A stretch of 64,000 nucleotides of DNA, taken from NCBI RefSeq assembly GCF_009914755.1, contig NC_060935.1. One strand, written 5' to 3'. Below the pieces are notes generated by a model that worked only from the letters and a program-made list of their open reading frames with translations, was not told the origin of the DNA and searched no databases. Below are positions 1 to 13,199 of the stretch, in pieces. The position numbers and the translations under genes are program-made. Every line of letters starts with the position of its first letter. Within the stretch, counting starts at the first letter, position 1. This DNA is from the human T2T-CHM13v2.0 reference genome, Homo sapiens.

Positions 1-169
1 GTCTAATGTTTCCTTTGGTACAGAAATTGCACATACAGCTGAGATGTGCACGATTCTGTTCTCTCATGTTAGTTGGGAAGAATAATTTATGAGAAATTGG
101 GGGAAATTTCTGTACTTTTGATTATAATGCGTGAGCATTCCAATTATTTTATTTCAAAAAGTGTACCTT

Positions 170-690
170 CAATAGGTGCCTACCTTTTGACCATTCAATT
201 CTGTTTCTGCATTTTTACCCCAAGGAAATAACCAGAAATATATGTGTACATAGACGCATATGTACACACAAATACACAGAAATAAACACACACATACAAA
301 TATATTTGTTAGGGCATTATTAAATTTAAAAATTCGAAGCAATCTAATGGTATAATAAGACTCTAGTAAAGTAAGTTATGATACAACTCCTCAATAAAAT
401 AACATGTAGCCACAAAAATTGCCTAGAAAATAATATTCAATGATGATGACTACTCATATTTTAAGTAAAAATACAATTTGGTTTCAAAATAGTTTATAAA
501 AATTTGGTTGTGTGTTTCTGAATATATCTGTACATAGAAAAATATAGAATGGCACACAGCAAGCTATTAATAGATGCTATCCTTGATTGGTGGGGATATT
601 AATAATGTTTATTTTATTCTTGTTTTTTCACCTATTTCTATTTTTTCAAACCTCCCTAATTAAAATGTCTTAATTAGATAACTAAAAACA
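170..690 (+). mobile_element. Old L1 (L1M/L1ME-type) 3' end fragment
   Basis: TACCTTTTGACCATTCAATTCTGTTTCTGCATTTTTACCCCAAGGAAAT resembles the L1 ORF2 end (CCATATGACCCAGCAATTCCACTTCTGGGTATATACCCAAAAGAA), followed by an L1ME-like 3' UTR; boundaries approximate. Confidence 0.55.
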
Positions 691-1739
691 TAAGTCTATA
701 TTTTATCAAAAATAATAAAGTATTTAAAGTATTACTCAATCTAATACTAACACAAATAATAGCTAATACTGATGGCTTACTATGTACCTATTGCTGCCCT
801 AACATCTCTATCTACATTAACTCATATAACTCTAAAAATCTAAATGAACCCTCCATCGTGATTTTTCTTGTTTCTTAAAAACAATAAAAATGAAAGCAAT
901 AACAAAATAATTTTTCTACAGTTATTGTTTGTCTATTGTCAACTATACATCAGCTATGTTACAACAATATTAAATTATGGAACAGAAAAATACTTTTATA
1001 ATCAAGGAAAATATATTAAAGAGTGAGACATTTATTCAGGTATATACATGATGAAGAAAGGCTGAAGGAAACAGAAATGAAAACATGAGAGCAGATGACG
1101 GACTCTTAGGCCTGTTTGTCAGGCTTTGGAGAGTTAATCTAGTCTTTTCTTAGATATGAAGAGAAACTTCCTCGAGGGAAAAATGAATATGCTAAGGGCA
1201 TCCAGGTTTGGAACTAGAACTCAGGTCTCTACTCTCAGTTGACTGATTTTCCATTATATCAAACTACTTTTCATAATAGATCTACCCACTTAGGATTATT
1301 CATGCATGGAACATAACATTAGTCCATCTGAATTTTAAGTTATCTTCTAGATTACAAAATTCCATAAGTCTTATCATTTCAAAAGTTCTTTCACAACGTA
1401 TTGGCTTATAGGCTGGCCTTTTAGTCAGTGTTGATTCTCCTTAACCACCATATCAAAATTTAAGCAATGCCAGATTTTCATATTTAATCCTGTAGGGTAG
1501 GTATTACTTCTTTTGCTAATTAAAAATATGAAGATTGAGGCTAATTTAAAAAAAATCTTGTCTAATGGTATACACATATTAAAAACTTGCTAAGGTGGGT
1601 GATATTGGAAAGTACAGCCATTTTACTGGAAAACTTTTTCTTTTTGTTTTATAGCGAATCCTCTCTCTTTCTTTACTGGAATGCTTTGTCACAGAGAAAA
1701 ATCACATAAAGAGCTGCAAACTAAAAAACATAAAAATAT

Positions 1740-2021
1740 GGCCAGCTGCAGTGGCTCATGCCTGTAATCCCAGCACTTTGGGAGGCCGAGGTGCGTGGAT
1801 CACTTGAGGTCAGGAGTTTGAGACGAGCCTGGCCAACATGGTGAAACCCTGTCTCTACTAAAATACAAAAATTAGCTGGGCGTGGTGGTGCGTGCCTGTA
1901 ATCTCAGCTACGCAGGAGGCTGAGGCAGAAGAATCGCTTGAACCCAGGTGGCAGAGGTTGCAGTGTAGCCGAGATCGCGCTGCTGCACTCCAGCCTGGGT
2001 GACAGAGCAAGATTGCATCTC

Positions 2022-2059
<38 letters not shown>
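1740..2059 (+). mobile_element. AluS (AluSx-like), full length, with (AAT)n tail
   Basis: GGCCAGCTGCAGTGGCTCATGCCTGTAATCCCAGCACTTTGGGAGG start, central TACTAAAATACAAAAATTAG linker, right monomer, (AAT)n tail ~2022-2059. Confidence 0.97.
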
Positions 2060-2060
<1 letters not shown>

Positions 2061-3519
2061 TGTTAATATAGAAGCATGTTCAAATTTGTAAAATTTTCTT
2101 CTAAAATATTACTACTGTAAATGAAAAAAAGATGGGCATTTTGATGTAGACACAGATCTGAAATAGGATCCATGAATAGCAGATGCAAATATTAGCTTCA
2201 GTATTTAATTAACTTATTTATTTACTTTGCAATACAATGTATTTAGAAGACTCAGGTTCACATTGTTGTAAATAGTATCTGCTATTTTAAAGTATTCCAC
2301 CTTGTAATTTCAGGATACTTTTCAGTTAAATAAAAATGGAAGGAAAAATGTATTTGAAGGGTTGCATTAAATAATAATGACAATAATAATTATTAATAAT
2401 AACAAAATGGAAGCCTCTTTTGTCAGTGCTTTCTCATATATTTACTATTGTATCTCCAAGGTCTAGAAAAGCATCTGGCACATAGCAGGAGATAAATAAA
2501 CTTATTGGGAATATGATAATAAAGAACCCACAGAGACTTGATCTTGCTCTTTGATTTCTGCACCTTCCTCTCAATCAGTGATAGGTTAATTATCAAAAAT
2601 AGGTTAGAGAAGAATTAACCATTTTGAATGTACTACTTCTACTACTAGGAATGAATAAGCGCATGTGAAACTTTTCTAATAAACGGGGTTAGAGGAGTAG
2701 TGTAATGCACTTTTTCCTTTCTTCCTTCCTTCCATCTGCTACTTCCTCTGTTTTAATACCCTGAGGTTAAGAGTGCTCAATTTAATAATGTTCCTTACAA
2801 GAAATGAACTAAAAACTAGCACTGAAAATTCTAACTTTTCTCTCTCCTCAAGCATAAATGGGGTTGGACATTCCATTTTGTGACCATAGGCAATTTTACA
2901 TATCTCTAACCCCAGCTGGACCTTTGCTTCTGGGCACTGATATCTTGGACATTCCTGTTAGATCTGTTTGTGGTTGCATGACCTACAACAAGATTCGTAT
3001 ATATTGGGTTTGACTATATGACCTTTGTAATGAATATTCTCCATGGACACAAAGCTTATCCTGATAGTCACCAGAATCCTACAGATTTTATATCTGAAAA
3101 TAGTCATTCTTCATTATTAAATTTTCTAAACTAAAGCTCTCAGTTGACACTCCCTTTACACTAATCCCTCGATTTCCAATAAAAAGTTAGAATAGAAAAT
3201 TCCATGTTTAAAACTGCTTGCTAATAAATTACTAGCCATTAATTCTTCAGGGATTAATATCTTGTTCTCAAATGCCAGTGAGGATATTAGAAAGGAAATA
3301 CACACACAAGTTGCTGGCTTTGCAAGAAGGCTTCTTGAGGTCACAGTGCTAGCAAGCACTGTTAGCTTACGTGCTTAACTCTATACCAGGTGAGGGGTCT
3401 AGGCCAGACGTAGAGAGCAGGAGAGAACACAAACAGCCATCAATGTCAAGGCCTTAGCAAAAATGTAACACTAGTCTTTCAAATTGTACCCATTGGGCAG
3501 TGGAAAACACTAAGTATCA

Positions 3520-3760
3520 TAAAATAATAATGAGTTTTTTATTGAGCACTTAATTTGTGACACGTGAATCTGAGTGTTTCACATGTTTTAATCATTTACT
3601 CCTAAGAGCAATTTTATGCTGTAGGGTAACAATATAAAAGTCAAAACACAGATAATTTTAATATTCTGGCTAAGTCCTCACTCCTATAAACTGGCAGTGT
3701 TGAGATTCTCATCCCGAAAGAATAGTTCTAGGCTCAGTTGCTCATTTACTTAAATATCAT
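3520..3760 (-). mobile_element. MIR fragment
   Basis: AATAATAATGAGTTTTTTATTGAGCACTTAATTTGTG...TCATTTACTCCTAAGAGCAA pattern typical of antisense MIR; approximate. Confidence 0.55.
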
Positions 3761-5459
3761 GTTCCTTTAATAATATGACGTGTGTGTGAGTGTGTGTCGG
3801 GGGGGTGTGTGTTATCCTAGCTCTACCAGTTTAATACATTTTATAATATTGGACATGATACCCCTCTGAATTGGCTTTTGTTTTTATCTAAATGTTAATA
3901 AAAATAATAAATTTGAAGAAATGCAAACACACAAACATGTCTATTTTGACTATCCCATTGTATTAGGAACTCAATAAATGTTCATTTTAATATCTCTAGT
4001 TCTAGGTTTCTAGTAAATCTTGTTGAATCAATGAATACTAAATAAAATGTACAAAAGAACAAAATCATTTCTAAATTATATATATGGGGTAATATTAAAA
4101 ATCATATCACCTACAAATTCATTTATAGTTCTCAAAGTTTAAAATATTTGCAACCAAGTATATATTTACTATGGGTTAGGACTACACATTTAAAAATATA
4201 GCTTATTTAATTGTAAAAGCGATTTGATGTACAACCAGAATCATTCAATCTTCACCACCTTTCTTTTGTTATTTAATAGCCCTTTTCACATTATCAAATA
4301 GAACATTATTATAACAATAAATTCCCCCAGACAAGCAAATCAGCTTCCAAAGGACTATCAAAAACATTGTTTTATTGAATATTTAAAAAATTCCTATGTG
4401 TAACAAGTGAAAAGCAAGTAAAATCACAATTAACTGAAGTATAATCCTAAATCCTGTCTTCAACAGAATTAATCCACCCTAAATTCTCTCTAGCAAACAT
4501 TAGTCCAAAACACTTTTTAAGAGTCCTGGTTTACAAAGATATAGGCATTTTGTCTTATTAGATGTTACTAGAAACATGCCTTTTCAATCTGCTATGCAAA
4601 AAAAGAAAAAAAATGCACATTTTTCTTCAAAGTCCAAGGAAACTGAATTTATGTGCCTTACCTTTTTACTTACGTAACACAGATTATTATATTCTAATGA
4701 GCTTTTCTTAATGCTACTTAAAAATGGAATTCAAATGTTTTATTTTTTTCTCCAGTATAATGAACTCTAGCAAGAAAATACAATTTATCAAATAATTTAT
4801 TGAGTAACTGTATAAGACAGGAACCTTCCTAGATTCTCAGAAAAGGTGAAAAATGTAATTTTAGATTGATGATAATAAAATTTATCATTTATCAAGGACT
4901 TTAGACAATGTTAAATGTGATAATGGGGTATATGAAGACATGTCAAGCAAGCAGAAGAGAAAGCGAATAGCTGCCTATTTGCTGGTGATAGGGACAGGAG
5001 GTCTTGACCGGAGCAGAGCAGAGGAAATTCCCCACTGGGCCTTGCCCCAGTACGTGGCCATGCTGTTTCATATTCTCAGCAGACCAGGTGAGGTCACCAC
5101 TAAACACCGAAACACAGGTTGTTCCCAAGCTGCTTTCCCACCATATGTGGGACATTTATACAGCTAGGATTGATAACCTAAGCGAGTATGGAAGCCAATT
5201 TAGAATCTGGGTATTTTTACCTGGGCAATTTCTTTACTCATTTACTCATTCTTGTTATTCCTGAGACACACACACACAAAATTGCTAAATTCAAAATCTA
5301 TCGGAATCCTAATAACCTATTTTCTATGCTAATTCTGTTTCTGAGGACACCAAAATAACTAGATTGACATGAGATTTTCTCACTATAGTGATAATCAAAT
5401 GGAATATTCATTTATTATCTACTTGCCTGCTCTGTAGTCAAGAGTGCAACATATTTTCT

Positions 5460-5612
5460 TTTATTTATTATTATTATACTTTAAGTTTTAGGGTACATGT
5501 GCACAATGTGCAGGTTATATATGTATACATGTGCCATGCTGGTGCGCTGCACCCACTAACTCGTCATCTAGCATTAGGTATATCTCCCAACGCTATCCCT
5601 CCCCCCTCCCCC
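5460..5612 (-). mobile_element. Young L1 (L1PA2/L1PA3-like) ~150-bp 3' end, severely 5'-truncated
   Basis: TTATTATACTTTAAGTTTTAGGGTACATGTGCAC...CCCACTAACTCGTCATCTAGCATTAGG (GAG-type, not L1HS-Ta ACA); 7-bp TSD ATTTTCT at 5453-5459 and 5613-5619; EN site TTCT/AA. Confidence 0.93.
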
Positions 5613-5886
5613 ATTTTCTAATAGTACATTTGGACCTGTGATAAAATGGCCTTAAGAATGATATTCATGAAGGTAGTGAATGAAATTTTGAAACATATTA
5701 TTTCAAAAATATTCTCCCAGACATTCACAACTTGTCTACTAACTGTATAGCATTTCTTTTATAAAATAGCAACAATGGAACCATTTATTACAATTTACCT
5801 AAAAAGAACCCTATTTAATATGCTAAACTTTCACAGGCAGTTTCTCTTTCAAAATAAAATTTTATCTTCAAAAATAAATAATTTAA

Positions 5887-6196
<310 letters not shown>

Positions 6197-6719
6197 CAGC
6201 TTATAGGCAGCCAATGATTCTAAATGGGTCACTGGATTTAGACATAAGTGACACATAAATTGGATGTGCTAAGCTTGACAGTTTTAAGAATTATTGGTCT
6301 GACATGCAGAACCTTCCTATCATCCGAATTTCACAATTCAGCATTTCAAAGTCTCCTAGTTTTAATAAAAGTAAGCTACTTTTTGGTAAGGAACAATGAT
6401 AAGTTTAAATGAAAAAAATGAATGGCATCTGTTATAATCAAGGACAATTGGCAGACACAGTATAGAGCAGATATTTTCAAATTTGTGGTCACTTTCCATA
6501 TGTCTTTCCATGAGAAGTAGAAAGCATTCAGATACTTCAACAAATTTTGTCTCTAAAATTTTTTTTTCAGTGTAGGATCATTGTAGATTTTTTTTTAACA
6601 GTAGATATCCGGTTTTGCCAACAGAGTTTAAAAAATGTTTAGTTGCATGTTAACATCAAAAAATAAAGTGAAAGTATTTTTAAAATTAGGAATAAAGTAA
6701 TGAAGCAATGGGGAAAGGC

Positions 6720-8400
6720 TATTTATTCATAATTTTGACAAATACTATTTGAGAGACTACTATATTCAAAGCATAGTTTTAGGCACTGGGAATGCACATG
6801 TAAGTAAGACAGAACCTACTTTCTAATGAAAGAGACATCCACAAAACAAACAAATAATATGACTTATAATAATAAAGTTTTTGTTCACTTATCCCGTATT
6901 TGCTGAGCATCTACTATGTGTCACAGATACTAGTGGGTTCTAGGCATTTTTCAGTGAATAAAACTAACAATCCCTGCCCTTATGAGGCATGCAAATTAAT
7001 TTTATGAAGAAAATAAAGCAGGATGTGGCGGGACTAACGGACTTGTTTTTTATGTTGGAGGAAACAAAGCCCAAGGGAATGATATATTAATAGATAATAG
7101 AATGATAGGAAAGAGTAAGACATGGAGAAGTGGGAGGATACAATTCCAGGCAGATAAAACAGTAATTTAAAAGGCTTTGAAACAGACAAGAGCTTGGAGG
7201 ATTCTAAGAATAACAAAAGCTTTGTTGCTGGAAGAGAGGTGGCGTGGAAGTGAGTGGTATAAGGTAAGATTTCAGGGAGATAAATAGGGACCAGCAAATG
7301 TAGAGCCTTCGAGACCACAGTAAAATGTCTGGATTTTGATCCCAGGATGATGGGAAGTCAGTAGCAGGTCTGAAGCTCATGAATGACATATCATTTACCT
7401 TTTAAAAACACCCTTCTCAGGAATATATAGGCATTAAAGGGGGCAAGCATGGAAACAGACAATTAAAAGGGCTATTGAATTAGAAAAAGAAAGAGGCATT
7501 GATGGCTTCTTTAACATCATGCTTAGAAAAGAGTGCTGGTTTTGAATCTGGTTAGAAGTGGTTAGATTGATATGTATTCTGAAATTAGATGACAAAAATA
7601 TGTGCTGATGAATTTGAGGTTGGTTGTTACGGAAAGCAAAGATATAAGAATGCCACCTAGGTTTTTGGTCTGATCAATTGGGTAAACTAAGATGCCCTTT
7701 ACAGAGGCAGAGAATAAGAGACGAGTGGGTTATTGATCATGGAATGGGACATCATAAGTGTATTTTTTTGCACATGATAAATTAGAGATGCCTATTGTAT
7801 AATGAGATGCCAAAAAGGTCATGATATGTTCAAGTCCATGGCTTTTGTAAGAGTTTGGGGCTGGAGATAAATTTGGAAGTCATTAGCATTGATATGAAAT
7901 TCAAAGCTATAAAACTGAGAAAAAAATCAGCTAAGGAGAGAAGCAGGATGGAAAAGGTAAGAGAACCAAAGATCGAGCCATAGGCCTCCTCAGAATTTAC
8001 AAGTGGAAAGAAGAAAAAGAGTTAGCAAAAAATTTCAGGAGGGAGCATTTAGTGATGTGTACATGGATTCTAAAGTAGGTGTTAGCAGTGGAAGGAAAAA
8101 CAGAGGAGCTGGATGGAAGCTCAGAGGGGAGAAAAAGCATGATCCAATGAAGGGAGCAAGGATTTCTCTATGGAAGGAAAACTGAATTCAAGGTAGAGAG
8201 AGGCTAGAATTGACCTTTGAATGGGAAGGAACAATAGTGGAAGAAAGTTGTTATAGTAATTAAAGCATGCAATCGTGATGGCTTGCTCCATGATGGTGGC
8301 GGGAGGAGAGGAACTTGACAGACAAATTAGAGATCTGTCTGAGGAAGGAGTGTCTACATTTAATGATGGTTTCATACTGGGAGAGAAGAGAGGGCGGAGT
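6720..8400 (-). mobile_element. L2 fragments (antisense)
   Basis: TATTTGCTGAGCATCTACTATGTG...CTAGGCATT...TCCCTGCCCTTATGAG L2 3' end followed by purine-rich antisense L2 body (GGGCTGGAGATAAATTTGGAAGTCATTAGCAT); approximate. Confidence 0.75.
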
Positions 8401-8419
8401 CAAACGTGAATTTTGCGTT

Positions 8420-9060
8420 TTTAGAGTAATTGTAATGTAGATTATTATCCTATGTATTGTACTACGTTTTAAATATTCTATAATAATTATTACTATGACT
8501 GTTAGGAAAAAAATTACCTATACCTTCAACTACTTTACCAGAAGTAATAATATTCTTTCCACATTTTAACAGTATACTTGTATATCATTATGCATGTGGC
8601 AATCCTAATATACATAAACACCTTCGTTTTTTTTTAAATTTACATCAAATCATAAACATTTCTATTCTGCTTCATGCATCTATAATTATCATTTAAGTGA
8701 AAACATATTATTTCATACACTAGAAATAATAATTTACTTTACCACTTTTCCATTTTTGAATGCTGTGATTACCTTCAGTTTCTAAGCACTGAAGCCAGCA
8801 ATGCATGCTCATGAACACGGATGGACATTTTCTATTTTTCATTACATTTACAGAATATGTTTGAAGATGTTGTAAACAAACAAATATTACCAATTGCTCT
8901 CCAAAACTGTTTTGCCAGTAAGTAATTCTCTCAAGAATATACCAGTGTTCTAAGTTCACCACAATCACAATAACATTAAATAGTTTTCTTAAAGCTATCT
9001 TCGGATATAATAAGCATGAATTTTTATTTTACTGTTATTTTAAATAGTATGTTTCACTTC
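8420..9060 (-). mobile_element. Old L1 (L1ME-type) 3' region
   Basis: Antisense L1 motifs such as ATTACCAATTGCTCTCCAAAACTGTTTTGCCAG; approximate. Confidence 0.5.
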
Positions 9061-9109
9061 TAGCAAGATCATTTAGTTTATTAAATGCTCTCTTTGTTGC
9101 TAAGCATTT

Positions 9110-9322
9110 ATTTTTTAAATTTACTTTTAATTTTTATGTATATATCATCGTTATACACATTTATTAGATATATGATGTGATATTTTGACACACACATGGA
9201 ATGTGTAATGGTCAAATTGACATAATTGGAATATCCATGACCTCAAGCACTTATAATTTCTTTGAATTAAGAACATTCCACTCTTTTACTTATTTTGAAA
9301 TAAAGAATAAATTAATGGTTAT
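9110..9322 (-). mobile_element. L1MA-type 3' end
   Basis: TGTGATATTTTGACACACACATGGAATGTGTAATGGTCAAAT...ATATCCATGACCTCAAGCACTTATAATTTCTTTG matches an L1MA 3' terminus. Confidence 0.8.
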
Positions 9323-11721
9323 ATTAAGCCCTTTAACTCATTTAAAATGTGTATTTCCTCAACCAGTTGTATGGGTTCTTTGTATAATAAAGTCATTAAT
9401 CATAACGAATTCCCCTGAAGAACTTTCATGTAATTTAAAATTAAAAAAAAAATATATGGAATGATAAGATGAAAGTTTCTGTCTTGTTTCAGCTTTTACT
9501 AGTTAGATTTGAATCCTGGTTCTCTGGTTAATGAATTGTGCTTTAGAGCTTACTTGGGTTGAATTCCTTCCTTTCTCTGAGTCTGGTAAGGTAAATAATA
9601 ATATTTTATATTTTGGCTTTTGGATTCAAATAAGTTAACACAGGTGTAAATGCCTTATTAAGTGAAAACTCATATACATTTTTAGAAATATTATTAAAAC
9701 TAATAGGAATTTTGAGCATTTCAGCTGAGCACTTGGGAGGCAAGCAGTGCAATTCTTACATCATGGAAGCCATAACAGGCAGTGGCTGCCCCTTCTGGTA
9801 TAAATACCAGGTCAGTCTTGTTTTAAGTGAAAAATAAAATTCATGAAATATTGATGCCATTAAATAAGTATACATAAGGATATTTAATTTTAATTGTCAA
9901 CTTAGCCACCTGAAGAAAATATATCAAAAATAACAATTTTGAAACTTGGAAATTAGATGAGAATTCTCTGAAATGTGGGATACATATCTTAGATTTTCAT
10001 ACAATATAATGTAAGAGACAGAGGAAAATGTAAAATGTTTATAGCACTAAGTCATCTAGTATGTAAAAGATACTCAGGATTTTTGATGGCATTTTAATAA
10101 TGAAAAGTAATATACAGTAATTTTTATGCTAGATTAATAACTTAATAATGAGCAAATTGGACCTTCATGACTATAATTAATTTTTAAACTATAATCTGAA
10201 AGATGTTAGATTTCACAGTTACTTAAAGACTTGATTCCAGGTAATTCAATAAGTTATTAATAAAAAATAAGAGTTTCTAACTCAGTTGATGATATAACAA
10301 ACATAACAAAATATTATATTTTATAGAAAGAAATATTTCTTCACTAATAATTTTTACAATGCATGTACTCATGTTAGTTCTTAAATATTTGAAACATTTT
10401 AAAATTGCAGAAGATAAACTCAAAACTCAAATTAATTCATAGAGGTGTAATTATTATTTTCTCCTTTCTTAAGTGTGATAGCTCCCTTTTCCCAAGTATT
10501 TGTTAAATTCAGATGCTGAATTTATGAAAACTACAAGCTAGGAAATGGCTTTAGCCAAAGCAGAGAAAAATACTTTTCTGATGGTTTTACTTCCACTACG
10601 TCTCCTCTGCTTTGAAGTCTTTTATCCTTTGTTCCTCCCTTACACAAAGAATAATTCTAAACTCTGGCATGGCCAAGAAAATGTTTACAGTTACTTTTGT
10701 CATCTTAAAATTTTATAGTTACTATTATAACTTTGATAATTTAAAAACAATTAAGGAAATATAAACTATTCTCACCTCTGTTTTTCATTTAAATATAGAT
10801 ATTAGGTACGCAATGGGACAAATAAATTCATCTAAGTTATTTGATAGATGCTACTCAAGGGCTGTATTTTGCTATGACCTTGGAAATCTTATCTGACAAA
10901 TTTAAACTAAGGGCCACTTTTGCAGCAGTGACTTTAATGGTTTGCACCTGTATTGAGAATATCATATTTCTTGTGGACTATCTAGAGCTTCATCTTCCTG
11001 TAAAACTTTTCCATTCTCTGAAATGTACATGAGCCCTAATTTCTCTTAAATCTGTGCTTCTGTCTCAGGATATGTATCACACATGTGTGCTCCTAGAGTC
11101 CGCACTTTTAGCGGTGCAAAGTTAAACAGCAAAACCAAAATCACTACATGAAATAAACGTTTCTGCTCATTGTTAATCATGAGTTTAGAATGAAAATGGT
11201 CAAAAGAGAAATATATCATTTTCTTTGACAAAATCAGCTGTAAAAAAAAAACCTATTTCAGGTAATGACATCACTCTCTATTCAGTATTCTGGAACCCAG
11301 GCATGATCTTTCCCTCCTTCCCCTCCCTGTCATTTATATAGCCAAAGTATTCCTTAAAATCTGGTTCTCTTTCTCTTTGCCTTCTGCCAGTCTTCTAGTT
11401 GAATTCCAATCACAACTCTTCAGCACTAGTGAAATAGACCCCTAAGGTGTTATCCTGCCCTTATCTTGTCCATCTCAAATCCATGTTACTGACAAATAGA
11501 TTCATATAGTTTGGATTCTTTTATTTTAAAATATTAAATACTTCAAGGTTATAGGAAACTAAAGATACTATTGCAAACACTGTGTACTCATCCCTCAGAC
11601 ATTGTGTTTTATGGCTTCAGATCATTTGAAGTCATGGCTACTGCTTATGAAACACTTTTATGACAGTGTTAGAAGTGTTACTATTTTCATGAGAAAGGTG
11701 CTTTTGCACTTTTATTATTCC

Positions 11722-11904
11722 TGCATTAGTCCACTTGGGCTGCTGTAACAAAATACCATAGACGGGGTGGTTTAAACAACAGACATTTATTTTCTCACAG
11801 TTCTGGAGACTTAGAGCCCAAGATCAGGGTGTAAGCATGGTTGGGTTCTGGTGAGGGCTCTCTTCTTAGCTTGCCTTCTCACTGTGTCCTCACATGGCAG
11901 AGAA

Positions 11905-11936
<32 letters not shown>

Positions 11937-12116
11937 CCCCCTCTTGTCACTTCTTTTGAGGATACTAATCCCATCTTGAAGGCCCTATCTTCATGCACGC
12001 ATATAAGCCCAATTATGTCCTAAAGGCCCTGTCTTCAAATACTATCACGTTTGTGGTTAGGACTTCAACATATAAACTTTGGGGTGGGTGGCAGGGACAT
12101 AATTCACTCTATAACA
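11722..12116 (-). mobile_element. MLT1A/MLT1A0 solo LTR (MaLR) with internal (GA)n
   Basis: TG...CA termini; GGGCTGCTGTAACAAAATACCATAGAC...ATTTATTTTCTCACAGTTCTGGAG; perfect 5-bp TSD ATTCC at 11717-11721 and 12117-12121. Confidence 0.9.
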
Positions 12117-12399
12117 ATTCCTATTTTAGAGAAATAGGAAACGAAGGTACGGAATACTTTAGGAAAAATGATATAGACAGAGAGGTTAAATAATTAGCCT
12201 AAAAGTAATAAGTCGTAGAACTGGATTTTGAACTCAGTGACTCTAGCTCTGAAGTTTACATTCTTAGCCACCATGGTATTCCCTCGTACAGAAAAATACA
12301 ATATTACGACTATTACCAAAGTTAAAGGGTTTTTTTTCCTTTTCCAGAGGCAAGCACTATTTTGAAGCTCGTATTTTCATGTTATTCTCATTTTATATT

Positions 12400-12792
12400 T
12401 ATGTATACACACAGATATGTATATAAACATATACATGTATATATAGTATAGATATGCATGTATGTGTATATAGTATGATATACACATACACATATATTAA
12501 ATCTATAATATATTATCTATATTTTTATTACATATGTCTATAACATATTTTTCAGTATATATACATATATACACATATATGTATATATGTATATATACAC
12601 ATATATGTACATATATACATATACATATATGTATATATGTATATACGTACATATACATATATGTATGTATATATGTATATACGTACATATACATATATGT
12701 GTGTATATAGACACATATATACACATATATGTACATGTGTATATATATACACATGTACATATATATGTGTGTGTATATATACACACATATAC

Positions 12793-12830
<38 letters not shown>
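12400..12830. repeat. Compound (TA)/(CA)/(TG) low-complexity microsatellite
   Basis: Directly visible; abuts the T-tail of the downstream antisense Alu. Confidence 0.95.
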
Positions 12831-13140
<310 letters not shown>

Positions 13141-13199
13141 TAACATATGTGGAATCAAATTGTATGTATATTTACTACCCTTTTTCTCATTTAATATCT

